Assembly (NCBI GenBank): GCA_013239625.1
Contig: MU057352.1
Location: 30,511,277 to 30,575,276 of the forward strand
From: Lama guanicoe
Taxonomy: Eukaryota
Direction of reading: 5' to 3'
Length of the DNA stretch: 64,000 bases
Part shown: positions 50,160 to 61,060 of the stretch, piece after piece
How the letters are laid out: the number at the start of each line of letters is the position of its first letter
Position numbering within the stretch: the stretch's first letter is position 1
Program-made: the position numbers and the translations under genes
The notes under the pieces: model-generated
Database searches by the model: none
What the model saw: the letters and a program-made list of their open reading frames with translations, nothing else
Told to the model about the DNA's origin: nothing

Positions 50160-50278
50160 TTGGGGTGGGGGGAGGTAATGAGGTTCATTTTATTCTTCGA
50201 GGAGGTACTGGAGCTTGACCCCAGGACCTCATGTGTGCTAAGAGTGCTCTGTATCACTTGAGTTAATGTGCCCTCCCG
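50160..50278 (-). mobile_element. Vic-1-type camelid SINE
   Basis: Reverse complement of the element at 55461 (gaggtaatgaggtt...ggaggtactgg...cccaggacctcatgtgtgctaag). Confidence 0.75.
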
Positions 50279-50599
50279 CCCCGGGTTCACCCAAGTTTTA
50301 ATTAAGATGAAATCAAAGAAACTTAGGGTTTATGATGATGTATTTCTACCAAAAGCAAGCATGAGATTTGCGTTCCAATGATTGCTCCTCTCTCCTCCCA
50401 AAAAAGTAGGTCAGCATCTAGAATAAGGCATCTGAATCCCTGAAGAAGTCAGAGAACCCGAAGTTTGGCGTTTTGAATCTGTCTGCAGACTGGACGAGCC
50501 TACCTCTTTGCTCCATTTTTATGATCATCGAATTGAAGATCTGGAGAAACCATCTACCGTTGTATCCCACTGGGGCTGTCTCCGCAGCCTTGCTAGTTT

Positions 50600-50750
50600 A
50601 GGATTATTTACTCTTTCTGTGCCCCAGTTTCCTCCTGTGTCGGGATGATAATAGTGTTCACCTTGCAGAGTGGTGACGATTAAACGAGATGATGGATGTA
50701 AGGCACTCAGAGTGCCTGGTGCACAGTGAGTGCCCTAGACATGTTGTTCT
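50600..50750 (+). mobile_element. MIR SINE
   Basis: ctgtgccccagtttcctcctgtg...gataatagt...gattaaacgagatgatggatgtaaggcactcagagtgcctgg. Confidence 0.75.
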
Positions 50751-53074
50751 GTTTGAGGTTCAGGAGTGAATGACACAAGAGAGGAAAACCCGCTTTCTAT
50801 AGAGGATGACTCTCCAAATGTCTACATTTCTCTTCCACTGTCTTTGTTTTCATATTCATTTGAATCAGCGACACCGAGTGCCTGCTGTAGTCATGGGCAC
50901 CCTGATGCCAGGCCCTGAAGACACAGCAGTGACCACGCCGTAGAGTCTGCTGTCACAGCTGGGAGCCATATCTGGTTACTGTCTTCTTGCACGTTTTCGC
51001 AAGTGCTATGAGAGGGAAGTCCAGGGCATTACAAGAGAACACAAGAGGAAAACAGAGGGGATGTTGAGCAGGTACGGCCAAGGCAGCCATCTCTGAGACT
51101 TGAAGGATGAGTAGGAACTGACCAGGCCCCAGGAGAGGGCTGTCCATGCAGACCAAAGAGCAGGGCCCAGGCACTGAGTCAGGAGGACACTTGGGGCCCT
51201 GAAGACGCCAAGAGAAGACCATGGTAGCTGGAGAATAGGGAGTGTGTAGGAGGCCGAGCAAGATTTGCAGTGTCCTGCTGTCTGTGGCCAATAATTCAGA
51301 CAATGGCCTTCCTCCATCCAAAACCTATTCATGGCTTCTCATTGGCTTAGAACAGCAGTAGCCTGGTGGTGGGGAGTTGTCATCGACCAGAGAAGGTGGA
51401 CTCTAGTATCTGAGAGGCTCCGATCTGATTCAGAGCAGACAGTGATCAGCGGCTCCCTTCTGAGACTTGACATGTCAGTGGTGGGTGGAATCAGAGTGTG
51501 ACAAATGCCTCAAAGTCACCTCCAGGCCTCAGGGCGTTTCTCCACATGACATTGTTCTGGTCCTAGAGACAATGTGCAGAGTGGGGTGGTGACAGGCACA
51601 GGGCAAACCCTGGAACCACCAGTCGGCTCTGCTGGTCTGTTCCAGTGCTGTCTGCCCAGCTCCTGAGGATGCCTGGCAGGGAGTGAGCTCTCAGTGGGTG
51701 GTTTGCTGAGCCAGTGAGGGTAGGTACCAGGCTTATCAGTGAGGCGAAGGATGCCCAGGCAAAGGGAAAAGCATGTGCAAGTGGGGGTCACCCCCTGCCT
51801 GGCATCACTGATCAAACACACACCGGTTCAGCCCTCCCTGTCAGGACTTAAAGAGGAGGTGGCTTGTAAGTCGACAACGTCATTACAGCGATTAAGCATG
51901 CCCAGGGGAGTACAGATCCTACAGTGAGAGGCACAGAGGAGGAGTGCCTTATCTCATTGTCTTTTAATTATTATTAAATACTCAGTAATTGTGCTGGGCC
52001 CTGGGGCTACAATCTGCCAAGCAATTAGACCCAACCAGTTCTCAGAGACAATCGCTGAAGAAAGTGGCACGTCCAGGCAAAAAGGTCCCGGCGAGGCTGG
52101 ACGGGAGCAGAGGGCCAGTCTGGCTGCCCACTTCCCTCTGGGCCTCCGTCTCCACTGGCTGAGTTGACCTCACCTCCTCCGTGAAGCCCAGAGCAGGGAT
52201 CCTGGGGATGCGTTTGTGAACCCCCAGAGTGGCAAGGCCGGTGAGCATCCCTCACAGCAGAAGCAGGGTGACTTCGCTCCAGGGGAGACCACCTGCCCCG
52301 TCTGCCTGGGACAGGGAAGCCTGCAAAGGAGGGACATCCAATGTTAAAGCTAGGAGTGTCCTGGGAAGACTGGAATGACTTTGGTACCCCACTTTGTCTG
52401 TCACACACCCGGGGGATCAGATCCAGCTGATCATTTCACGGGCTTATAAAGTGTGTTGTCCTTCGGCAGAGGTTGGAGTGGCCTGATCTCCCCCTGCCTC
52501 AACTCCTGTAGACACCTTTCATCACCCAGGGTGGGCGGCTATCTAGCAGTCCCCAGGCCTACGAGTCTCCAGCAGGAGACAGACGGAATGCCCAAAAGGT
52601 TTCCTTGGAGACAGAGCAATTAAGGGACCATTAATAGAGATAAAGGCAGAGTTAGGGGAACCAGAGAGGGGTGGTGAGGCACCAAGGGTCCAGGAACTGT
52701 GGGAAGCCTTTTTCACTCTGGAGCCTTGAAGGGTCGGGGGAAAAGGGTGGGTGGTGTTGACAGAGCCCATGGAGATGGGCGACTACTGTTCCACGGCAAG
52801 GCAGGGACGGGGTCACGCTTAGCATGTACCCTAATTATCTCTCTTCTCACCCTCTCATCTCCTACCAGTGTCTCCCATTGACCAACTCCAGCTAGAAGCC
52901 AGAGGGAACCTGGATGATGAAGTTCACAGGGTCAGCATTCCAGGACACAGAGCAGGGGAGGGGTGGGCAGAGAATACATCTGGAGAACAGCCAGCACACA
53001 CACTCATAAGGAAGTTATCCCAGAATGGAGCCTTGAAGCCTGAGTGCAAGAGCCCGGGGCCAAACCAGGCCCTT

Positions 53075-53485
53075 CCTCCAAAGATGCCAACCTGGCTGCG
53101 GTCCCCCAATTACTCAGCCAAACACTAATCTAGGTGTTGCTGGGAAGGTATTTTGTAGATGTGAGTAAAGGCCATCACCAGCTGACTTCAGGTAAAAAGG
53201 ATCACCCTACAGAATCTGGGTGGGGCTGATCCAGTCCTTTGAAAGGCCTTAAAAGCCGAGCTGGGGCCCCCTTGATAGAGAAAAAGCTTCTGCATGTGGA
53301 CAGCAGCTCCAGCCCGGGCTGGAGAATCCCAGCCTGCCCTTCCGGATGGTCTGCCCTGCGTTCTCCAGACGTCGCGGGCCGGACCCCACAATCATGGAAA
53401 CCAGCTGCTGGCAATAGGCCTCTTAACGCGGCTCTTCTCCTGGCTCTGCGTCCCTGGCTGGCCCCTGGCTGAGAACAGCACTGAA
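53075..53485 (+). mobile_element. MLT2-family LTR
   Basis: aattactcagccaaacactaatctaggtgttgctgggaaggtattttgtagatgtg...gaaaggccttaaaagc. Confidence 0.75.
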
Positions 53486-53952
53486 CCTTTGGGAGGCTGA
53501 GGGACGTGCCTGGGCTTACTCAGCAAGAGGTGAAGACCCAGGATTAGGACCCAGGCCCTTCTGACCCCAAGCCCCTTGCTTTGTTTCACCTTTAATTATG
53601 CAAGGCTGTGTGGCCCAGAGGGAGCCCTGGCCTCCAGGACCCAGGGGTGAATGGGTCTCAATTGCCCACCCTATGTGCCCCTGTGCTCGCACCTCCCTCC
53701 CCATGATGCCCAGCACTGCCGCCCGCAAGCAGCAGACATCTGTCTCAAGAAGGAGGAGCTGCTTGCTGGCTCGACAGGGTGGAAGGGGCGGCTCTGCACT
53801 GGCGGGGGAGGGGGGACATCCCAGGCTCCTGTGCCCACTCAGAGAATCCCTCAGGGAAGGTCCCTTCCCCCTCAGCCCACTAATACATCTTATAAGACAC
53901 CACCCACCCCTCCCTCCTTAAAAACCATCTATTCCTGGTGCTGCTCCGGGGC

Positions 53953-53974
53953 GTTTCCATGGCAACAGGGCAAC
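53953..53974. promoter_or_regulatory. Consensus RFX X-box with an adjacent half-site
   Basis: GTTTCCATGGCAAC (53953-53966) followed by GGGCAAC (53968-53974). Confidence 0.6.
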
Positions 53975-54999
53975 GCAGGAGGCCCAGCAAGCTGACTTGC
54001 TTCTCTGACGGTTCTTTGGGGACCCCACGGCTCGCAGGGCGACTGTGCAAGCCAGCACCATCTGCTCTGAGCGGTGAATACACACCCTCCCTTCCTACCC
54101 CCCTCACTGGGCTGGCCTCACCCCAAACCAGGCCCCAGGGGCCAGGGACCCTGGCAGAGGGGCCACAGAAGAGGCGCTGGCTGGGAAGTGCAGAAAATCG
54201 GAGTTCTGATTTTAGTACTGATGGTGGGAGGGAGTGGGCTGGACGGGCCAAGGCGAGGGAGGTGTGTTCCCCCAGGGAAGCATCGGCCCCGTTACCACCT
54301 GAAGGGGAACACGGGGTGGGTGGAGCCTCCTAGGGGAGCAACAGGAGGAAAGAGCTCACAGAGCTGTTCCTGGCACTGCAGCCCAGAGCCACGTTGGAGC
54401 TGGCCATTCGGAGCACTAGGAAATCAGGGGCAGCTTGGCTGCTAGGGGTGGGGTCTCTCAGCCCTGCAAGATCACACCCATCAGTGGTGATCTCCTTCCT
54501 CAGGACCCTCCTCCAGGCCATCACTGCCAGTCAGTGGGAACTGGCACCCATGCCAGGCATGTGACGGCAGATCTCAGATGTCTGTCAGGGGCAGGGGGGA
54601 GCAGAGGGGACTGTGGGCCTGACATTTGCTGTCCCCAGCACACCTGACTGAGCAGGAACACCAGGTCCACCCCAAAGTCTCCAGCAAGAAGTTGTCCCTG
54701 CATTATCAGCCATAACCCTGCAAGGGACGAATCCAATGATGTCGCCTTATGGGCGCATGTTGTATCCCCCACTGTCACAAACCCCGGTCTGTGAAGAGAG
54801 GGGAGAACCGGCAGGTGGGGTGCTCTCAACGAGCAGTTCTATGGATGTCTACACCGGAGATGCCATCTGCTGAAGTCCTCATCTGAACCCAGGAGAAAGA
54901 CGGTGGAGGACGAGGCATGCCTGAGGCTGCTCGGCCGACGGAGACTTGGGAGTGAGGTCGGCAGAGGTTGTGTATCTAAAGAATACTGATGCATGCAGC

Positions 55000-55420
55000 C
55001 CTGCCAGCCTCCCTGGGGCCTGGAACACACTGGCCACGCCCTCTGCTCTAGACGGTCCCTCTGCTGGAATGCTCTCCACCCGTCTGCTTGGCTGATTCCT
55101 TCCCTCCTGAAGCCTTTGCTCACGTTTGTTCAAAATTCACCTTTGCAATGAGATCAGCCCTGGCCACCCTTTGTACCTGCCACCTGCCTCCCACTGAGGC
55201 GCCAAGTCCCTCTTTCTCATTCCTTTCCTCCTCTGATCATGACCACACCTTCAGATGAACTGTTTCATTTATCTATTTCTGTTTAATTTTTTCTCACCCC
55301 ACACGAGATAATCTTAAGCCCGCAAAGCGTCTGTGTCCAGTATTCTTGGGTGTCCCCAAGACCTGAGTGCAATGCCTATCATAGAATGGGCTCTCAATAA
55401 CTATCTCTTGAATGAATTAA
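55000..55420 (+). mobile_element. L2 LINE 3' end
   Basis: ccctctgctggaatgctctcc...ctttgcaatgag...ctctcaataactatctcttgaatgaatt. Confidence 0.7.
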
Positions 55421-55460
55421 ATTTTTAAAAATGGGGCTCAAAACTGAGCTTACCTTCTGA

Positions 55461-55619
55461 GGAGGGTGTAGCTCAGTGGTGTAATGTGTGCTTAGCATGC
55501 ACAAGGTCCTGGGTTCAATCCTCAGTTCCTTCATTAAAAAAATAGATAGATAAACCTAATTACCTCCTCCCGCTTAAAAAAAAAAAGGAAAAAAAGAGAA
55601 AAGTGAAAAGATTTAAAAA
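55461..55619 (+). mobile_element. Vic-1-type tRNA-derived camelid SINE with target-site duplication
   Basis: A box (tagctcagtgg), B box (ggttcaatcc), aaacctaattacctcc tail and poly(A). 17-bp TSD aaaactgagct(t/c)acctt at 55440-55456 and 55620-55636. Confidence 0.9.
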
Positions 55620-56959
55620 AAAACTGAGCTCACCTTGCTTAGATACTCAATAAATACATGATTTTGTGTATGAAGGACCAGGCATGTGCTAAGTACATTC
55701 ATGGAGTGTGACCTTCCTCCCTCTCGTTAGTATTCTGGCCTCTTTGGTCAGCACAGGGGTGTCTGATTTGGCCCTTCGTTGCACGCCCCTTGTCCTGGCA
55801 CATAAAACTCTGGGAGCTGCTGCATGTAGCTGTGCCTGTTGCGTGCTGCCCAGGGGAGGTGGACCACAGGCGAGGAGCTGTGCTGCTTAGAGATGGAAAT
55901 GGGGCTTATCCTTACCAAGCTATGGTTCTGCAAAGCATGCACGGGAAGGGGAGACTGTCTTCCATGAAGGTACCACCTGCTCACCACATCTTATGCCCAC
56001 TGGGCTGCATCTCATTGTAACACACATGCCGCCTGGGCTGGGGAAGCAGTCTTCCCATTTTGCAGGTGAGCACCAAAGTGGCTGTTGGGAAACCCCAGGT
56101 CCTCCCCATAGCCCCCTCCATGTGCTCCGCCGCCCATTCCTCCACTCTCAATCTCAGCCTCTTCGCCTTTCTCTTAGCAGATAATAGGTGCTAATTTTGA
56201 AAGCAACTTGGCCACGTGATCTGCACAGATGGTCAGTCGTATTATGAGAGAGCAGGTCGTGGCTGAGGGAGTCTGATGGGGGCAGGAAGAAGATAAGACA
56301 CAACAAAACTGATCATTGGTGGGAAGAAGTAGGGCCCTTGAAATGATGAGTTTACCACACTCATTCCTGCCTCCTCTAACCTCTGCAAACCTGTAATATT
56401 TTTCTCTATGCAGAAATGTCCTCTGCCATCGGCCATCATGGCTACCTTTAATTGGGCACCAAAATGCTAGCTAGCCACAGATGTGTGAGCCCAAGCCAAG
56501 GCCAGCCCGTTGGTCTCTCTCCTGGAAGCTGGAACTGGGATCCAGATGTTACTAATTAATTACAGAAAGCCAAAGTGAAAAATGAGGTAGATGTAGGAGC
56601 TGAGCCGCCACTTGGGTGTAGCTCTAATTTAACATGAGAAGCCCTAGGGCTGTGAGCTCAGTTCGAGTTGTAACTCAGCCACCACAGGACGAGCCTCTGG
56701 GCACCTGCATCATCAGTGTCTCCTAATCTGCTCAGATCAAAGCAGCAGTACCTGGTTCCCATCCCTGCGATTCTGCTCTGGGAACCACTCCCCGTTCCAG
56801 CAGCTGTGTCCATCGGGCTTCAGGGAGGTGGCGATGGCACGAATGCTGTAGAAATCAGAGGCTTAGGGTAAGAATCAGGCAGTACACAAATGTGGGCGGG
56901 GCTCTGGAAAAGCGCAAGGGATGCGTAAATTCATCCTTAGAGTCTTCCAGTGGTGCAGC

Positions 56960-57430
56960 AACGCGGCTGCTTTTGTAATCCAAGAGACACGTTCCAATAT
57001 GTTCATATCTGTATAATTAATAATAGCCAAAAGCTAGGAAAAATGTCCATCTACAGTAGACCGACACGTCCATAGAATGGCCACAGACCACAAAGGCATG
57101 TAACAGGGACGAAGTTTACAAATAAGCAAAAGAAGCCAGACACTAGTGGGTGTATCCTCTGTGGTCCCACTTACTGAAGCTGTAAAGCACAGACCTGTGT
57201 GCTGCACACGTGAGTCAGAAGCCAGGAGAGCCATGTCCTTGGTGAGGGGTCTGCACCCAGAAGGGATGAGGGCAGCTTCCAGGGTGCCCGTCACATTCTA
57301 CTGCTGGATTTGGGGCTCTGGCCACACGGGGGGCTCAGTCTGTGAAAGTTCATCAAGCCATGTAATTAAGATGGGTGCACTTGTCTATAGCGCCTGCCAA
57401 ATTTGATTAAATTGAAATTGAAAAAAGGGA
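56960..57430 (+). mobile_element. L1ME-type 3' end
   Basis: aataatagccaaaagctaggaaaaatgtccatctacagtaga...aaaagaagccagacac...tgtgaaagttcatcaagc. Confidence 0.7.
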
Positions 57431-57487
57431 AGGAATCATGCATCGCGACGTGCTTCCAGCAGAGGATGAGCTGCTGCTGGATGGACC

Positions 57488-57740
57488 ATGTTTGTCCCTT
57501 CAGGCTATCATGGAATACCACAGACTGGGGGCTTACAAACAATGGAAGTTTATTCCCACAGCTCTGGCAGCTGGGAGTTCAGGATCAAGCCAGGTAGGTT
57601 TGGTGTCTGGTGAGAACCCAACCCCTGGTTCATAGGTGGCTGTCTTGTCACTGTCATCATATGACAGAAAAGCAGAGGGAGCTCTCTGGAGCCCCTTGAG
57701 TAAGGGCACTGATCCCAGTGAGAAGGGCTCCCCCCACTAA
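57488..57740 (-). mobile_element. MLT1A-type MaLR LTR
   Basis: aataccacagactgggggcttacaaacaatggaagtttattcccacagctctggcagctggga...gtgtctggtgagaaccc. Confidence 0.8.
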
Positions 57741-58859
57741 CTGATCAGTCACAGGCTACTGAGCGGTTGCTCCCTTTTCCTCAGTTCACTTCCCCGAGAT
57801 CGTTGCCTGGGCGGAGGCGTGCCCCCAGCTCTCGGGTTGAGATCATCTCGTGATGACATTTTGTCCACTTAGACCGAGGGGTCTGGGTGAAGCAATCATG
57901 TCGTGTATGTAGCTGGCAGGGCCCACCAGGAGGGAGAATGCATCCTCACGCTGGGTGATTTGAGAATAGTTTAATGAAGCAACAGTATTCAAAAACTTAG
58001 AGTATAAAGAAGCCATAAAGGATCGTGCAGTACCAGGAGCTGATAACGTCAGGGCAGCGTTACCCCTGGGCCAAGGGAAGAGGAGCCGCTGAGAACCTGG
58101 GGACCAGAGGTTGCGGGGAGAGGGCCGCCCGGCAGAGGCTGGAACGCCTGCTACAGAAAACACTCCGACCCCAGGTCTCCAAAGGGCAATGGAGGGAATA
58201 CATGTTCTTCCCTCCACCCTTCGTGCCAGCACTCCCCAGTGGCCAAATCTAAACGGAAGCCACACAGGTTTGTTTCCATGGACACAGAGCAGAGTGGATC
58301 GAGGTGGAGAGAGATTTCAAGGGGAAAACGGAGGAGTCCCAGCCCAGCATTTGACTCAGGACCCTAGAGTCAAGCTCAAGTTCTCACTGGCTTGTTGGAG
58401 TTCATTAGCTTATATCATCGGCCAGTAGAAAGGGCAAGGGTAGGCCTGGCCACGGGGAAAACTTGATGCAGGGCTTCTGTGAGACGTCTGGATGCCGGCT
58501 TCATCCTCTCAGCCCACCTGCGTTGAGACCCCAGCCACAGCGGCTGGCAGGCACAGGTCGTCCCCTCAGCCCCGCCAGCTCCTGCTGGGGAAGAAGAGGG
58601 AAGGCTCCCACTGGCTGATCTGGGTCACATGTTCAAGCCTGGAGCAATCACCATGGTGGCCCAGGGGACATGGTGCTGTAACTAGCCCAGCCTGGAGGAC
58701 AGACCACCCCTGTGGCTGGGGACAAGGTCTATTAACAATGTGAGGACCTTGCCATTGTTGGGTGTGTCTATCCAATGATGCATTCCAGAACCTGAAGCGA
58801 CACACACATGCATGCATGTGTGTTGACTTGGATGGACCCACTGTGAGACAGACTGGACC

Positions 58860-59155
58860 TCACTGATCACTGACCTGGATAAGCTCTTGCTCTGACGGGT
58901 GGGCCAAGGGGATGTTTTGGGTCTCTTGGAATTAATGTCAGCTCAGAACCAGCGTGCAGGAATCCCCTCAAAGTCTGTCTCCCTTTCCCCACTGCAGAGA
59001 CACCCTGGTAAACAGCCACAGGTCCCTTCAGGGAAGGCTGGAAGGGAGATTTAATAGCATACATTTTTAGCCATGTACCAGGGTCCTTCCTCAAAGGCAC
59101 TTGGCCTCTCATTCATTCAAGGGGTTCTGGGTCAGATTATGGCTCAAGTCTGGAC
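58860..59155 (-). mobile_element. ERVL gag-end/protease remnant
   Basis: GQVPLRKDP...GFLHAGSELTLIPRDPKHPLGPPVRARAYPGQ resembles ERVL GLLDTGSELTLIPGDPK..GPPV..GAYGGQ; the catalytic DTG is decayed to HAG. Confidence 0.8.
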
Positions 59156-61019
59156 TATTATCAGAAGAAGGAGCAAAAGGGGGCAGGCGCCAGAGGAATA
59201 AACACACAGGAAGTCACTATTCATACGAGACGTACAGCACATGGTAGACACACAGCCAAAGGGAACGTGTGTGGAATGCACACAGCAGAACCGAGAATAA
59301 CCACCACACAATCAGGGTCTCAGAACGGCGCTGGCACACAGCTGGCATTTGTTATGAGCACTGCATATATTATCCCAGTAGGTACCCTGACTCATGGGGT
59401 GATGTTAACAATAATCCCTCCGAAGTCCCTGTTTGCACACAGGGCACCCGTGGTGCAGTGAGGTCAAGCAGCATTGCCACCTAGGACTGGGGTGCTGATC
59501 TGGGGGCAGCCACCCACCTGCCACTGTGCCCAGCCCTGCAGGGGGGCCAGGTGAGGGAGCCCTGCGCCCCTGGGCTGTTTGAGTTTGTTTTTCAATGCAA
59601 CTCTTGGTCTGCCTGGGGCTGAGTTGACCAGAGCTGCTAAGACAGTAGACTTGAGCTTCAGGCAATTCAATAGCTGAGTCCACAGACCTCCTAACACCAC
59701 GGCAGGGACATGGAGGCTGCACCACTGACCCCAAGCCTGGTGCTCCCTCCAAACATCTTATGTTTTCCGATTCATCTCTGGGCCATGAGCTTGTCCCTCG
59801 GGGCCTGGCCCATGACTGGAAACCAATGACGGGGTGGGAGGCAATAGGAAGAATGGGAGGGCGCCAGGAGCCTTGCCCGGCTCTGCAGGACGTGCGTGCA
59901 GGGAGTCGCTCTGGCCTTTCTAGGAGACTTGTACCTCGCAGTCGCATTCTACTTAAAACTACATCCTGCATGGGTCCACTAGCCCACCCCATGCCGGAGA
60001 GCTCACTGATGCTGGCCTGGGGTTCACGCTCAGGCTCTGCCCTCTGGGGTACTGCAGTAAGTCTAAAATGGTCCTATCTGGCTCTTGACAGAGAAAGTTG
60101 GCCAATCCCTGGCTGAGAAGACCCAGCTCCTGAAAGAAGGTGTGCTAGTGGGGGGACAAACAGCAGTGACGTGATGTAAATCATTAGGAGTCAAGGCTCT
60201 CACCAGGCTCAGGTCTGTTCCCTGTCTGAACCTCTGTTCTGGGGAAGTGGAACAGAGCCGAGCAGGCAGCAGGTGCTCGCTGAAAGTGCATGTCCTACGA
60301 GATGGGCAGAGAGGGGCCTGGCTTGCGGGGCTCCACCTGCGGCCAGATGCGCTTTTGCGCGGGATCGCCCCCTAATCCGAGCTGGGACAGCACAGGGAAG
60401 ACCTGGCCCTGACCTCAGCAGCGTACGCACGCCTGAGGCTTGGTGAGACACGCACACTCTTGGCCCATCCAGGACCCACACCGAGGGTGGAGCCCTGCAG
60501 TCTGTGTTCTCGGAAGCCCCTGGGGTGGACGCCCAAATCAGAGAACCTCTGCCCTCCAGGAAGCTCTGACCCTGGACCCCGCAGACAGTTCCGTGACGCC
60601 CAGGCCTCCGGAACACAGGTGTCGTCAGTAGCCCCTAACGCCCCAGCAGCCACGGCACGTAGGCAGGAGCAGGTCTGGCCTCTGGCGCAGAGGTAAGGTC
60701 GCCTGTCGTCCTTCTTTTCTCCACGTGCACAGACACACAGACAGCTGGAGAAGGGCAAAAGGGGGCGTCTCATGTTTTGAACTCTTGATTCCTCCACAAG
60801 AAAAACAAAAATCAGCAAATCGGGTCTCCGCATACTTGAGGTCCTGGCCAAGATTTTCAGGGGCAAGTCTTCCTAGCAGGCCTGCCCGAGGTGCGGGGGA
60901 CCAGTGAGCAAACTGGTGCCCAGTTTTGACTGTCCACCTTGCTTTAGGAAATGTGGCTTAAAGGCAGGAAGGGCCCGGACCACAGTGACCCTTTTTTCAG
61001 CTTTCTTAGTGAAGGAAGA

Positions 61020-61060
61020 CCAAGACACATTTGCAAACGTGCCATAGAGATTTTAATGAA
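61020..61060 (-). terminator. Poly(A) site of a minus-strand gene
   Basis: ATTAAA (plus tttaat 61052-61057), CA ~20 nt downstream, then GU-rich tgtgtcttggtcttcc. Confidence 0.7.

Noticed and set aside
55461-55535. tRNA gene
   Set aside because: Has A/B boxes but continues into a SINE tail, poly(A) and TSD; it is a SINE.
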